The notes under the pieces were generated by a model. That model searched no databases and had not been told where the DNA came from. It saw nothing but the letters and a program-made list of their open reading frames with translations. A program made the translations under genes and the position numbers. A stretch of 64,000 bases of DNA from Tubulanus polymorphus (Eukaryota; Animalia; Nemertea), in NCBI RefSeq assembly GCF_964204645.1, contig NC_134029.1, forward strand, positions 17,664,950 to 17,728,949, read 5' to 3'. Shown in pieces: positions 1-13,631 of the stretch. Numbering within the stretch: position 1 is the stretch's first letter; each line of letters starts with the position of its first letter.

Positions 1-910
1 ACAGTGAGTATAAAGGATCAGCTGAGTTTACTGGTAGTGGGAATGACGGCAGAACTGGGAGTGCAAGATATCTCAAAGATGATAGTGAAAGTGTTATAGC
101 GTATATACTTGGTACATTGATCCTGCAATCTGAAGGTTTTTTAAGATATGATTTGTAATCTATCGGGAAACCCTGATAATGAGTCTTAGCATCGAGCCCG
201 TTTTATACCGTGGTAAGGTATCAAAAGCTGAAACCAAGGTCAAAAGCATTGATTGGCCCAGTATCAATACGAACATCCTTACGTTTCTCCATTAAAATGG
301 CCCTAACCCTGACAAAACCAAAGATAGACCTCATCAGCCCAAGTATCCCTAACCATAGATTAGCTGACGCTTAAATAGTTAAATGATAAAAGCTTTACTA
401 TGTAAAGAGTAATGACATCAGAACCCTAACCAGTCAATGAAATAGGTAAATTTATCTGTCTCGGTATGTGACCTTGGCAGTCATTGAAAATTTTCAAACA
501 TGATACATTTCAGTCATTAGTACCTAGGCATTCCTATAAGTATTAGAGCCACATGAAATCTCAAGGAAATCATAACAAATCAACTGCCACCTTGAGTTAT
601 CTCCACTGTAATCCACTACCCCTATACAGCATCTATCCCGTGATGATGCTGTGTATTCATATAACTGTTGATATGTTGAAATCTCTACCGGAATATGGCA
701 ATGCATCTGTCAAAACATTTTATGTACAGCATGGGATATCTTGTGAATTCACTGAGGGGTAACAGAACAAAGTGGAACATTTTTTTCCAGGAGCATAGGG
801 TGGTAAACTACTGTTCCTTTTATTCATTATTCTATTCTGAATGAAAACCCCACCCCCAAACTAGAAGAATGATCATGGCAGTGTATTTGAAGTAGCAGTC
901 ATTTATTTAC

Positions 911-3900
911 CTGAAACTCGAAGAAGCCAATTCTGCAGGCTGCACTGTATAACATCTTCTCATAGTTGTCTTGACATTCAATGATACACTTATTAATTTC
1001 ACTGAAAAAATAGCATCGATTTTCGTTCAAGATATACACGAGCTTCCAAACTTACTTAATTTGAGGCCAAATTGTAATAACAAAGAGCAAAATTTTCAAC
1101 CCAAATATACTAGAAGTCGTAAAATTGCTTCTCTTTGCATCTTATTTTCAAAATAATTCCGGGCGCATATTCCCAGGACCTTACATTTGCATGAGCACCT
1201 AACAAAAAGTTCTGTGTTCATAAAAATCGTAACCCTCCAAAAAGATGGCTGGCTACAGGCCTGATATCATCGACACACAAACCAGGGCAAGAACTTCATG
1301 TGTACATTTACCTTTCAAATACTCTATCGTGGTACGAGTTTGTGGGTCCGATCCTCAACGTTTCTTTAGTTTCCAATATTTCTTTAACCCATTCTAAATA
1401 CGCATACAACCTCAACAATCCAGCATCAGCCATTTTCTCCACGAAGTTAGCATCTTCAATATGGTCTCCAGCAGTCGCGAGAGCAAAACGCATTCCTAAT
1501 CAAATCAAATACGGATACATCATTCGATCCTTTTCAATATATTTTATGATATAACACAAAATTGCTACTTAAATTGAGTTACCAACCATTTTCGTCACAA
1601 GGACTAGTCACTTAAGAATGGTATGAAGTCCACGGTGTTAAAAAGACCACCACCCTGAAGCGAAATTCATTAGTACACTCACCATCTGCCGAAAATTTCC
1701 CGATTGCATCTCGCAACGTCAAGAAGTTACCAGTAGACTTAGACATCTAGACAAAGAATCAAAGAAATATTAGTTCCTAAAGTACATGGTAACTGATAAA
1801 TGAAGGCAAAAATAAAACGAAGACAAAAATCCATGCGACACTAATTCATCCCGTTTTACCTTCTCAGAGTTCAGTAGTAAATGTCCATTGGCTCGTATAC
1901 TTTGTGGCCACTTTGACCTGAATAGAAAGATAGATTCTATTTCTAGGTTGGTCTGAGAAATGTCAACAATGTTAGTAGCTAACTACTTACTTATCGTTTG
2001 GCCAGATTCCGCAATGATTGTACAGGAAGTATGTTAGATGATTGGGTACTAGATCTTTACCAGATACACGCAGATCTACTGGATACCAAAACTCGAATTC
2101 TTTCTTCAAGTTTTCTAAAACGTTCTTTGGGATCGTTGTCTTCGGAAACTTGGCATTCAAGAAAATGAAGTCCCACACTTCAGGGGTCATTTGCTCAGGC
2201 CTGTAATTCAAATGAAAATCACACTTCGAACAGTTAAGTTCATGCATTGAACTCGATACAATTTCGCAATTGATAATAATAAATATTGATCATGATGTAG
2301 TTTCTCATACTTGATTCCAACTGGACTGCCAGCGCTACCGTCAAAAGTACCACCCTGAAGCAGATGGGCTACTGTATAATAGGCCATGTAAATCGTAGAA
2401 TCGGATAATGATTCGATCAGATATTGAGGATCCCATGGAAGTTTTGTGCCTAGATGAGTAAAGATATGACAAAGATCAGATGAGATATTGACAATAGTCC
2501 TGATTTCACTGCTAGAATTTCATTCACCTTTTTTCCTAGTACATTTCATTAACAACTAAGTGACTTCATTAGGATCCTTTTGGTTATAACATTTTACTTA
2601 AATTTATGTATAGGTCAATAACAAACAATAATCATATTAAGCAGGTTGGATTGTAACTTTGTATGTTTACGATCATTACCCGGAAACCCCTTAACTTTGC
2701 TTAATTATGCAAATTTTAGTTGTCAATCAATACATACCTAATCCATAAGATCTTGAACAAGCGTGTTCGTGTAACCAGTCGAGAGTTGCTTCAAAGTTTT
2801 TTCGAACTTCTTCCGAGTACGTTTCAACGTGAGTTAAACTTTCTTTAACAGTGTTTTTCCAATCCTTGTCACCATAGTTCAAATACCTACAGTGGTGCAA
2901 AAAATACATGTAATCAATAACAGTGGAAACTGCATCAATATGCACATGGTTTTATGGTTTTCTGATAAGTCCAGTTAAGTAAGTCCAGTTGAAGTTAGTA
3001 GAAGAACACAAAATTCAGAAAGTTACCATTGATCACACAAAGCAACCACACATTCATCAGCCGATCGTGAGATAACCTCTTTCTCTGGTTCCATATAAAT
3101 AATAGCTTCTCCCTGAAATAAAGATGGTCGATTGAATAATTCCGAATAGCAAATCCGGATTACAAGTGTCACAAAAATCCTTTTGCAGAGGAATTCAACT
3201 TGGTCACTTTTTGTGGACTTTAGTGGCAAATAGTCTCTAGGGTGCAGGTACATGTAGTGTATGAACCAAATATGAAGACAATCTACCGAAGTGTCTTTAA
3301 ACTTTCCAAAATGACTGGATTCCATGTATAGGAGAACAAACGGATGATAAGTACCCAAGTGGGCTAAAATATTAATAGCTACCGATTTAATGAGATCTTG
3401 TTGTACAAGTTTCTTTGCTTCTTGAACACTGGTTCCCTTGTACTTTCCAATGGCCATGACCCCTTCGTAGAAACCTTTCATATAGACAAGATTATGAGCT
3501 TCTTCCAGTTTCACTCGGTCATTTTGACTTTGTATTTTCATCTGCTCGACAATGGTTACCGCAGCAAGATTACCAATACCAGCTATATCGATTATGGGTA
3601 CCTGTAATAAATGTAACTTTCATGGTAGACAAGGTTCACAATTTTCCACTACTTCACTAGAACCTTTCAAAATTTGGCTAGTCTTCCACAGTGCAGGCCT
3701 CGAAATTAATGGTGGCAGCGCCGGCATTTGCCACTGGCTACACATCCACTGCTGCCGGTTGGTCTCCTTACCGGAGGCAATGAAATGTCGGGGGGGGGGG
3801 GGGGGGAATGAAATGTCGGTGAATTTATTTCTATTATTGCAGTAGGTGATATAAATAACCCCCCCCCCACACCTGGTTCACAATATAGGTCAGCCGTCAA

Positions 3901-6900
3901 TCACCCACAGTTCTTGACAGCTGTATTATAAAATATAAATTAGCGCTGCCACTTGACCTATTTATCTAACTTCAGTCAGAGCTCCATCCAGATTTACTGA
4001 TAAACAATGCCCAGCATACATCTATAAGAAATACTGGCAGCATCAGGCTGAGGTGTGTCTGTCTATAGAGGTTTCAATAATCACATGCATAGAATAGTCA
4101 CAGCAATGAATAAACACATCAGCTTGGCGACTATTGTGCTTAGTGTTTTTCAGCCTCTTACATCCTCAATTAAGACAAAGGAATTGACAAATCAGTGAAT
4201 TAAATTATCTGATGAAGGGTAATTGGGCGAGTTTCATTAGATCTAGCTTATGTATTTTAAGGCTAAAAACTGCCTTCGGCTTAAATTCAGTATTGCATTA
4301 TCCCCTCCAAATTTAGTTTGTAAGGGTTTTATCTTTTATTAATTTTATGATTTATTACTAGGCCTACCCCTAATTTGTATCACATCTAAATAAAATAAGT
4401 ATCTATGTTGTTCTGGATTCTCTCACTCTTTCTATTTAATCAATAACTGACATTGTATTATATAAGTACCCCTAGCATGACTTTAAATAGTTTTTAGTTT
4501 GTAACTCTTTTATTCCTTTTATTCTACCCCTAAGCATTTTTTGCCGTGGGTTTTTCAATTTACGGAGGCAAATTGGGATTCTAAAATGCTGATGGTCTTT
4601 GGTAAAATGCTCTGGGTTGCAACCCAGAGCATTTTGAAATGCTCTTGCTCCAGGTCTGATTTTCCCAAATTCGAGGCCTGACAGTGAAAAAATCTTTTTG
4701 AGACATATCGTAACCTTAAATGGCAATGTACTGGGTTGGCCGCTGAATCATTAGCTACTGACAATGTTCCCCCATTGGAATGAATCAATCAGTGGTTAAT
4801 AGCTATTCTTTAAATCAATTTGTCTTAAATTGGGGAAAATCTAGATTTACTATTGATTCAAAGGAACTGCCCTAGAATTAGCATTTAATCCAATCTAGAC
4901 ATAATTTACAGGACCAAATGAAGTTGGTTTTGCTATATGATAAGAAGAGGGAGGTTGACATCATTTTTTCCAAACTCTGGTGACAATTGAATACACAGGT
5001 GTAATACACGGAAAACTTACTGGATCGAACGGTAGCACCATTTCATCCTTGATGCCATATTTCTCACGAAACGCCTGAAAATAGAGAATAACGTCCATTT
5101 CGAAGCCACATTTCAATGATAATACTCAGGGATGAGAATTTTTTATTTTAATCAACTCTTTCCTCACCTGTTTTTTCTTCATATCTCTAAACGCTGCGAA
5201 ATCGTCAGGAGAATCAGAAGGCACGCTGGTAACAACGCCAGTTCCCTTGTTTGGTTTTATGGTTAACATCGGCAATGTGTAGACAACATCAAAACCAGAT
5301 AGAGGAGCCTTTAATCCCATTCCCATTAGATCCTAAAATACAGTGACATGGTCAAAATTAGAATCCATAAAAACTAGTATATATTCCAGGGAGACATCCA
5401 AAGATACAAGAATAAGGAGGCACAAGAAAATTAAGTGAGATAAGTTGGGTGTCCACACAAGAGATAGCGGCCAACGAAATAACAGCTCATCGGGGCGGCA
5501 CTGACAACTTTCTGTCTGTTCAAGATGCCCTAACACATAAAGGAGCAAATTTATACGATGAGTGAAATATTGAGTACATTTGGCATCAAAAGACGAAGAT
5601 TGAACAAATTCTGACTTATTCCCAAAATTTATGAGTAAGAGGTAAGTCGAACCTCAATAGTACGTATTGACTGTTCTATCAAATATGAATGCGCAAGTGA
5701 ATATTGTTTGCCAGCCGAGATCATATGACAAATCCAGAGCAGTTTTCAATGAAATAAATGCACTAGAAATAAGTCACAACATTAAATCATTAATCACTAT
5801 ACGTTGAAATTACCTGTCCCGTGACCTCCATGATAACATTCACTTTACCATCTACAGCCGTGTAACCTTGGTAAGACAGATTTCTCGCAGCGCGCATCGT
5901 ACACACTAAAACTCCGTCTTTAACGCTTTCGAAAACCACGTATTTCATGTCAGGCTTCAACCAGCAGTTCGTTTGACCGTACATTGTTTCGGCACGTAAA
6001 GTTGCAGCGACAAGAAAAACATCTCTACCAGATAATGACCTGTTGTTTATTAAACATTATAGTTAGAATAGCTTAGTTAGAATTGCAATCTACTGTAAAT
6101 ATCACTAATGCGCTAGACCGAGGTTTAAGTCAGTTAGCTAAAGAATCTCAACGGTGTTTCTTACTTAAGCTTTTCTGGATAAGGTTTCACGGCTTTCAAT
6201 TTAATCAGCGTATATTCTTGAGGGCCGACACCCTGAATAAGAGACAGGATATCAGTTAAATGAGAACAAATCAACATTCATTCAGTGGAACTCGCTTAAT
6301 TTTTCGACCAATGAAATTAATACAGTTTATGAGATATCCCGATCAACACGTACATAAAAGCATGGAAAGAAAGCCTATAACATTTTAGATCAAAATCTAG
6401 ATTAAACTGATCCAAATCAAGCAAAGCAGGTTTGACAAAAGTGCATAGAAAATTGCTCCTACCTCACCAGAACTTCTATCGTGGTCCATACATGGCTGTC
6501 CATCTTTTGGCGAAAATATAGTATACCTTAAAATAGTGGATAATACAATGTACTCATGACATCTAATTTATTACTTATACACTTAGACCGCACCCTATCA
6601 AAACACATACCTGCCTCCTTAAATCTAATGAATTCAGTAAATTGCCAAGAGAATCAATACTAAATGCTTTTCAATATTTTTCACAATGGTTAAGAGGCTT
6701 TTCTATGAAAGTAGCATTAGTGATGTAAATCCAAGCCAGGAAGTTTTTCATTAATCAGTATTATAACCGCCAACCTTGGTGCATCAGTAATTCCTCATCT
6801 GAGCTACAATATCCAGCAGGTCAGAAGTAAACCAGCAGGCTAGGTACCTACAATTGCTCCTATAGGGGAGTTATAGGGGACTGAAGTTCCCAATTCCTCA

Positions 6901-9900
6901 GATTTATATTGAATAACTTGGTCACAATAGGTCACTATATTTTCATTCTACAATTCGACAAGTTGATAGTTCGGCTCGATACCCACAACTATATAAATAG
7001 TCCATTCGATTTGCTTACTCGTGTTATTCCTTGATAATGGGTTTTGATAAGGAGCCTATCGGCTTATATAGCTCCGCTGTGTGATTTGAGGAAATAGAAA
7101 CTCCACCCCCAGGGGGTGCCCCCTGGTGGACGAATCCAAAATATGGCTTTGTAACTTTATAGGCCTAGGTCCATAGAACATTCATACCAAATTTGGGATT
7201 GATCTTATTGAAACTGTAGGACTAGTAGCATTTTGAATACCGGTAAATAGAAACTCCACCCCCAGGGGCGCCCCTGGGGACGAATCCAAAAAATTGCTCT
7301 GATACTTTATAGGCCTTGGTCCATTGAACATTTATACCACATTTGGAATTGATCTAACTAAAACTGTAGGACTCTGTAGAAAGTTGACAGACGCACGAAC
7401 AAACGAATGGCTCACCCCCTAACCCATCAACTAAATAAATTGCCCATGGGCAAAGTGTGGTTTACCTTGAATGCTAGAGGTTGTTTGGAGCAAGGGCATT
7501 GGTTGAAAAATCTTTTTAATTTGTGTCTTCAAAATTCTACAAGTTTATATTGTATTTTATCTTTCTTAAAGAATTATTTTGCAGTAAAATAAGACCAAAG
7601 ATATACATATGTTTACGGTCCACGTCCAAAATTACAGATGGTAAAGGCATGACAGGGAAACTGTTTTATATTTTCAAAAAAATATCATTCACAATATGAA
7701 AAAATATTCAAATAAAATTCATATGAAGTCACCAATCAGAGGGTAGCTGAATATTGAGTCTTGGAAACCTCTTCCAATGTATGGCCGCGAAAGCTAAAAT
7801 ACCGGTACATTAAGAAATCGACGTATTAGATCCGGGAATTTACCACTACAATATTCAGACCTCGACCTATACCTATAGTATAGACTGAAAAAACAGCGCT
7901 CATCTTCTGGTCAAACGTGCACGCGCCAGCAAGCAGCGTTACAGTATCGCCACAGTAGAGTACTGTACGAGCGTGTGTGTTTGTGTGCGCAACATGATTA
8001 ACACTCAGCGCGCACGTGGAGGAGGCCGTGTGAATGTTCGCTTACACTTCATTCAATATCAATCAAAACAATCACAGTGTATTAAAATGAAACAATACCT
8101 ATAAAATAACCTATGAAATAAGTATATTCTCACCAGCAATGAGCATTTGGAATTTGCACGTATACGGCACCTAGTCCAATGAAACGTTCGCTATTTTGGC
8201 GTTCCCATAATTAGCCTAGTAGCGTCGGAATTCCCCGTATATCCCATAAACAGCCAATCACCTTCGCTCGAACAGATGACGCCCCAATCGAGGTCATTGC
8301 AATATTATACGCAAGTGCTAAGAATTTTCCCGCCAAAAACAGTTTTTCGGCAAATTTTAACTAAGTTGACAATGTCATCGACGGAGGTCCGCCATGTCTT
8401 CAATCACATCGATCATACGTCGTTTAGGCAGAGAACCAATGTAACAAATGCTCACATAAACTAGGGGTCCAGGGACACCATGCCCACTTGGGAAGTGGTT
8501 TCCAATGCTCAACAATCTAACAATTTCAATATTCAACGCCCCCTGGTGACCATATACAAAAATCAATGACCTTGAAACTCACCACAATCATAGAACCTGT
8601 CAGCAGCTACGATTTTGTAATTGATTGTGATAACAAAATATGCCTCGTTACCAATTTAATATAGAAACACTAAGTAATTCTACTATTCAACGCCCCCTGG
8701 TGACCATATGCAAAACCCAATGACCTCACCACAATCATAGAACATGTCATAAAATACAACTTTGCAATTGATCATGGTAACAAAATATGCCTAGGTGCCA
8801 ATCTAATAAGGAATACTAAGTTATTCTACTATTCAGCCCCCTGGTGACCATATAGAATAACTAATGTCCTTAAAACTCACCACAATCATAGACGATGTCA
8901 TGAGCTAACTTTGCAATTGATTGTGGTAACAAAATATGCTTAGGTATCAATATAATGTGGAATAATTTTTTTCCACCTATGAATGAGTACTGATGATACC
9001 AAGATGGCCGCCAATTGTGTCATAATTGGCCGATCAAAAATACCTGGCTCAGGTATAGGCCTAAAACATCCCTTTCCAAAGAATACTCATCACAAATTGC
9101 AATGAGAAATGGCAAACCAGTAGGAAGCTACAGGACTCAGAATTTAGGCCAAAATTGACATTTTTTGGCACTAAAAAGGTCCTAGGATGGCCATCTTGAG
9201 TCCGATCGACCCAATTTTTCTTATGTTGATGGGCCCTTGGGGAGTACAAACATATACGAAAGATCAAGGTAATTGATTTAAGCGTCTTTAAAATTTCCCT
9301 CAAAAAGTGTAAAAAGTGCTGATTTTGACGAACAACAATGGCTGCTAGTTGGCCATCTTGATTCTAATAGGGCCAGTTTTTGGTCTGAAGATGTGTCCAG
9401 GGTAGATACATGTATAATCCAAATATCAAGACATTACCTTGAAGCGTCTTCAAAACTTCCCAAAATTACTGGATTCCGTCTACGGATGGACAACGGACGA
9501 AAAGTGAACGCAATAGCCCGCTGGGACCTAAGTCCTAAGTGGGCTAAAAACCTACCACGATTTTACATGAATTGGCTCAATGCCAACTTAAGATCGCTGA
9601 CAAAGGTAAACCAAAAAGTGACTGCTGTAATTGTACTCGCTTGCCAGTGTCCAGAACGCACGGAGAGTATCACTGTACTTGCTTGTCACTACCCGGGACA
9701 CTAATTAAGTAAGTGGTCCTTGGATGGAATACCACAAATGCAGAACAGTGTTGGCAGCTACGCAGTCAATAGAAAGTCGTAACACTATATTTCCAATATT
9801 TCATAACACCCTATAATACCTTTTGCCGAATTGGATCCTGTTTTTTTCCTTTAATTTGAGAAACTGCCACCGAACAAACGAGTCGTAATAAGGATTTGCG

Positions 9901-12900
9901 TCCGTTGTAATAAACGATCTTCGCCAGTCGACCTGAAAACAGTTTAAAAACCAAAAACCAATGAATACGAAGCCGAACAACCTGAATCAAACAACTAAGT
10001 TACACTAGTAAGAAACAGAGCAAAGGTACCTTTAAACCCATTTGAGATAAATCTTCCTTCGCCAATGGTGGAAAATATCCGAGCCAATGTTCGGGATTGG
10101 CGAAATTCTTAATTTCATCATCTTTCAATCCAAGGGACCTCATGATATTCCACTGATATTTACTGGATCCAGATTTGGCAGCTGCCTTACTCTAAAATTG
10201 AAATCAAATAGCCTTTTTTGATGTTGGTTAAACACATACCTGTTGAAATGAAGCTGCTTATGTCATAATGCAGCTATCAATGTGAACCCTGACCCCCCCT
10301 AGTTCATCCATCGCCAGGATTTCGACGTGAAAATTGGTGGATCCTGAACGAAGACTTTTTTAGTAATTAACGAATCTCTGGCGAACCCAAAAGAAATGGG
10401 TGTCGTATCTCTATCGAATGCGTGAGGATTATGTATTCATTGAGCATCGAATGTCTGGCGGATTCCAATCTAAACCTACTTCGAAAGTCTGACGAAAAGC
10501 GGTTTGATATGCGGTTTGAACATACGGGACATATAGTCAGTTTACCTTCCGTTGTTACGCTCCCGATCGGATATGTCGCTTCACTAAAACGTCAGGTCGC
10601 CAGAGCCTCTATATCGTGGGAAATTCTCACAGAAGTTGTCACATTTAATTGTTAGCTTAGCATTATTTATCACTTCAATCTTCATTAAAATAAACAGCAT
10701 AAGTTCTATTTCAACTCTTTGGAGCTTGTTATTACGATAAAATTTAAACGAATGTGAAAATCCCCGATTGAAGAATCGGCCATGTTCATGGTGGTCTCAC
10801 CGTCGGCAACTATTTTCCATGATTCAGGAAGGTTTTCGTCCCAATGGAAACGAGAAAATATTCTTAATAAAGTCTAATTATTATTGTTTTTAAAGGTGCA
10901 TTGTTGATTTTTTAATATCGGAACAACGGTGAGATCTTCGCGGGCCGCAAAACGGTTAAAATAGTTAAGTTTTGTTAAGATTTTATAGTTTTAATAAAAG
11001 AAATGAAATTAATAAACATGCTACATTGTGTCGAATACCTGGCGTATTGTATTTCTTAAGGAAATCTGTCTAGTGGAAAGCTGTCGAAGCCCTGACGAGG
11101 TTATTCTATAAAAGTGACGAAAACCTGACTAATGTCATCTATGGTAATAGTGATAATCTGTCGAAACCTGAGCGGAAAGATTTATGGTATGTGTCGAATT
11201 GGAGTCGAATGTCTGAACTAGGGGGGGTCAGGGTTCACATTGATAGCTGCATAAGCATATACAGTAGATGCTGCTCGCCTTAGATCTTGCGGGACCAATA
11301 AATTATCTTCGAGGTACACAAATTCCAGAGCAAGCGGAGCAGGGATGGATCATTATCAGGATGAATTGTCACCAAGAAACTTGTTATTTTAGGCAAACGA
11401 TAATCGGAAGCAATCGGCACCCAGGTAAACAGAGTCTGCTGTAATATACTCTTGATAATTTATGAGAGCTAGGGTTGAAATGCCTTCACTAAAATCAAAT
11501 GTAAATTGCTACAATTTCAAATGAACAACTAACACATTTGCTGCCATGTTGCTAGTAAGAGTTGTTTCGTAGCTGGCAATGGACCTATAGCATAGTCAAC
11601 CATTACTTTCAATTGACCGATGAGCAATGAGAATGAAACAGAGTTCGTTCACACCGCGTACCAGTAAGGAACTGTGTCATTTCAATTTTCAGAGTGTAAA
11701 TAATAAACAGTGAATAAGAAGGATCAGCTTAAGAGTTAACACGTTCATTGCCATACTTTTTCTCAGTTGCCATTACAGGTTATTAGGTAAGTTGGCACAG
11801 AAGCCGTTACATAGTCAGCCTTTGTTCCGATCAGCCCCGAGAATAAAGCTAAGTTTATTCACATTCCGACATTCCCGTGTGCCAGAGAGTGGAATATCTA
11901 ACAGTGATTACGAAGGATCGGCTACAAGCTTACTCATAGTGGCACTGGTGGAGGAACCTTGAATTACGAGATAACTCAAATTCGGCGGCGACCAACACTA
12001 TGGATCTGATAGAAGAGAACAGGATGATGATTATTAGAAGGATCTGAGTGTACAAGACTGAAAACATGTAAACTACCTTTTTCCCCTTCGCTTTGTCCTT
12101 AATCAGTTCTTCAGCCGATTCTTCTTTTTTGATTTCCTCGACCTCGTCGGTTTCAGCCGGAAACTGCGGCGGGTAACCAAAATCTTCCATTTCACGTTTC
12201 AGTTTATCCGCGCACGCTTTTATTGGCATACCGGTGCAATGAAGCCCAAACGGGAACAAACATTGTTTGCCTTGTAAACGTTGGTACCCAACCGCGAACT
12301 ACAATACAAATGAATTCAATACTAGAATACTAATTGATAACGTCCAATTAACCAAAAATTTTGCATGGTTACAAAATATGCTTAGGTTCGAGTACATATG
12401 GAAATTCTATGATATTCATTCAAAACCCCTCAAAAACCAATGATCTTGAAACTCACCGCAATCATATAATATGTCACGAGCTATACATTTGCAATTGATG
12501 GTGGTTACCAAATAAATGTAGGTCTATTTAATTCTAACTCCCCCCCCCCTGGTGGGAAAAATAAACTAGAGGTCTATAAGGCTTGATGCTCAGCTATTAC
12601 ATTGATGGTTATTATAATTCCCATGATTGTTATTCCCATCATTCCTGTCTTATCTTTTTTCATCTTTCCACTTCCAAATGGTGCATAAAAAAAAACTTCA
12701 AACATACCTCACATTTTGATAGCGAAAATGTGTGACCTAAATGTAGACGTCCATTCATGTATGGATATGGAAATGTGACAAAATATTTGTCCCTCCTGAA
12801 ATGAAAAATATGACTGAAAATCTAAAAATTTCACACCCTTTCTCTCATACAAGGCAACCTGTTATCATCCAACCTTGAACAGGTAGCCTATAGAAATATC

Positions 12901-13631
12901 TGCAGCCTGGCCTCTACGCCTCAGGAATTTGATACTTTCTCACTATTCTACCTTATAGGCATCCCCAGGAAGGGGAGGGGTGCGGGAATAGTGGACGCGC
13001 CCCTTTTTGAGAGCTAACAACTCAAATTACTCTGTAATCAATGTTTGATTCATTTGTTGAATCCCAGATAACAAATATATATATCGATCTTTACGATGCC
13101 AGCGTAGTGGGGGCCAGCAGAGAATAGACGTATTGAAGTGAGTATTTTGAATCTGAGTGTATTCAACCCTTGAACAGGTAGTTTTAGAAGCTTAAAAACG
13201 TGTATAAGACCAACTAATTTTCAAGATTTTTCTTGCCAATTTGATTAGTCTTTTACCTCTTAATGATTAATTTAGAGCCTGGCAAACGTCTCTAAAGCCT
13301 CTAATTTTCAAAAAGTTTTTTGGAGAGACCTACCAAACACCACACATTGTGCTTGGATACTGGATTGATGCTAATCCTATGCTACTAATCTTTTACCCTC
13401 TACACATCATATATTTCAAGGACCCAAGGCTAATAAGTTTTTCAGTTGTTCCTCGGGCTAAATTTCACCCAGTCTATGAAACTAATCAAGTACTCTTATC
13501 TTATCTTACCCATCCTGTTTGTAATTGACCGGAGCATCCATTTCAAATACTTTTGACTCTTTCCATTTTTGTTGCATCCGCTGTTCAATGTCCAGCAACT
13601 CGTTCAATTTTGCAGTTCCCTTTCTTTCCAT
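911..13631 (-). CDS. LARS1: Cytoplasmic leucine--tRNA ligase; 19 coding exons in window (828 codons), 3' part continues beyond the left edge
   Basis: Exons in transcription order: 13510-13631, 12708-12795, 12077-12298, 10030-10191, 9820-9932, 6463-6526, 6165-6232, 5814-6039, 5168-5332, 5021-5074, 3383-3601, 3027-3112, 2738-2886, 2311-2449, 1991-2200, 1860-1917, 1683-1746, 1312-1495, 911-1001. All introns are GT-AG and phase-consistent. Motifs: N-terminus [28 protein letters not shown] (HIGH), [24 protein letters not shown]1 editing [30 protein letters not shown]|MSKSTGNF (KMSKS). Confidence 0.97.
3694..4680. mobile_element. Non-autonomous hAT-like DNA transposon with 6-bp TSD
   Basis: TIR CAGGCCTCGAA at both ends; ACAGTG duplicated at 3688-3693 and 4681-4686. 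Confidence 0.8.
7049..7423 (-). mobile_element. Helentron/HINE-like non-autonomous element, family B (5'-truncated, ~2 monomers)
   Basis: Reverse complement of the 29572-30303 element, with the same CAGCGGAGCT subTIR, AGCCGATAGGCT hairpin and ~145-bp monomer. Confidence 0.8.
8459..9547 (-). mobile_element. Helentron/HINE-like element, family A (154-bp monomers)
   Basis: Reverse complement of 54691-55870. 5' TTAGCCCAC..GCGGGCTATTGCGTTCACTTTTCGTCCG; 3' GTGGGCATGGTGTCCCTGGACCCCTAGTT. Confidence 0.85.
10255..11256. mobile_element. ~1-kb non-autonomous TIR DNA transposon
   Basis: ~39-bp inverted repeat ATGCAGCTATCAATGTGAACCCTGACCCCCCCTAGTTCA at 10268-10306 and 11214-11252. No long ORF and no clear TSD. 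Confidence 0.8.
11262..11441. mobile_element. Tc1/pogo (Tigger-like) MITE
   Basis: TA|CAGTAGA..TCTGCTG|TA termini. Confidence 0.55.

Noticed and set aside
1-910. Further LARS1 exons or a separate gene
   Set aside because: No sequence matching the expected next LeuRS segment; looks like decayed repeat within an intron.
11085-11140. CUGACGA..GAAA hammerhead-like motif
   Set aside because: Stem II is plausible only with G-U pairs; stems I and III do not form.
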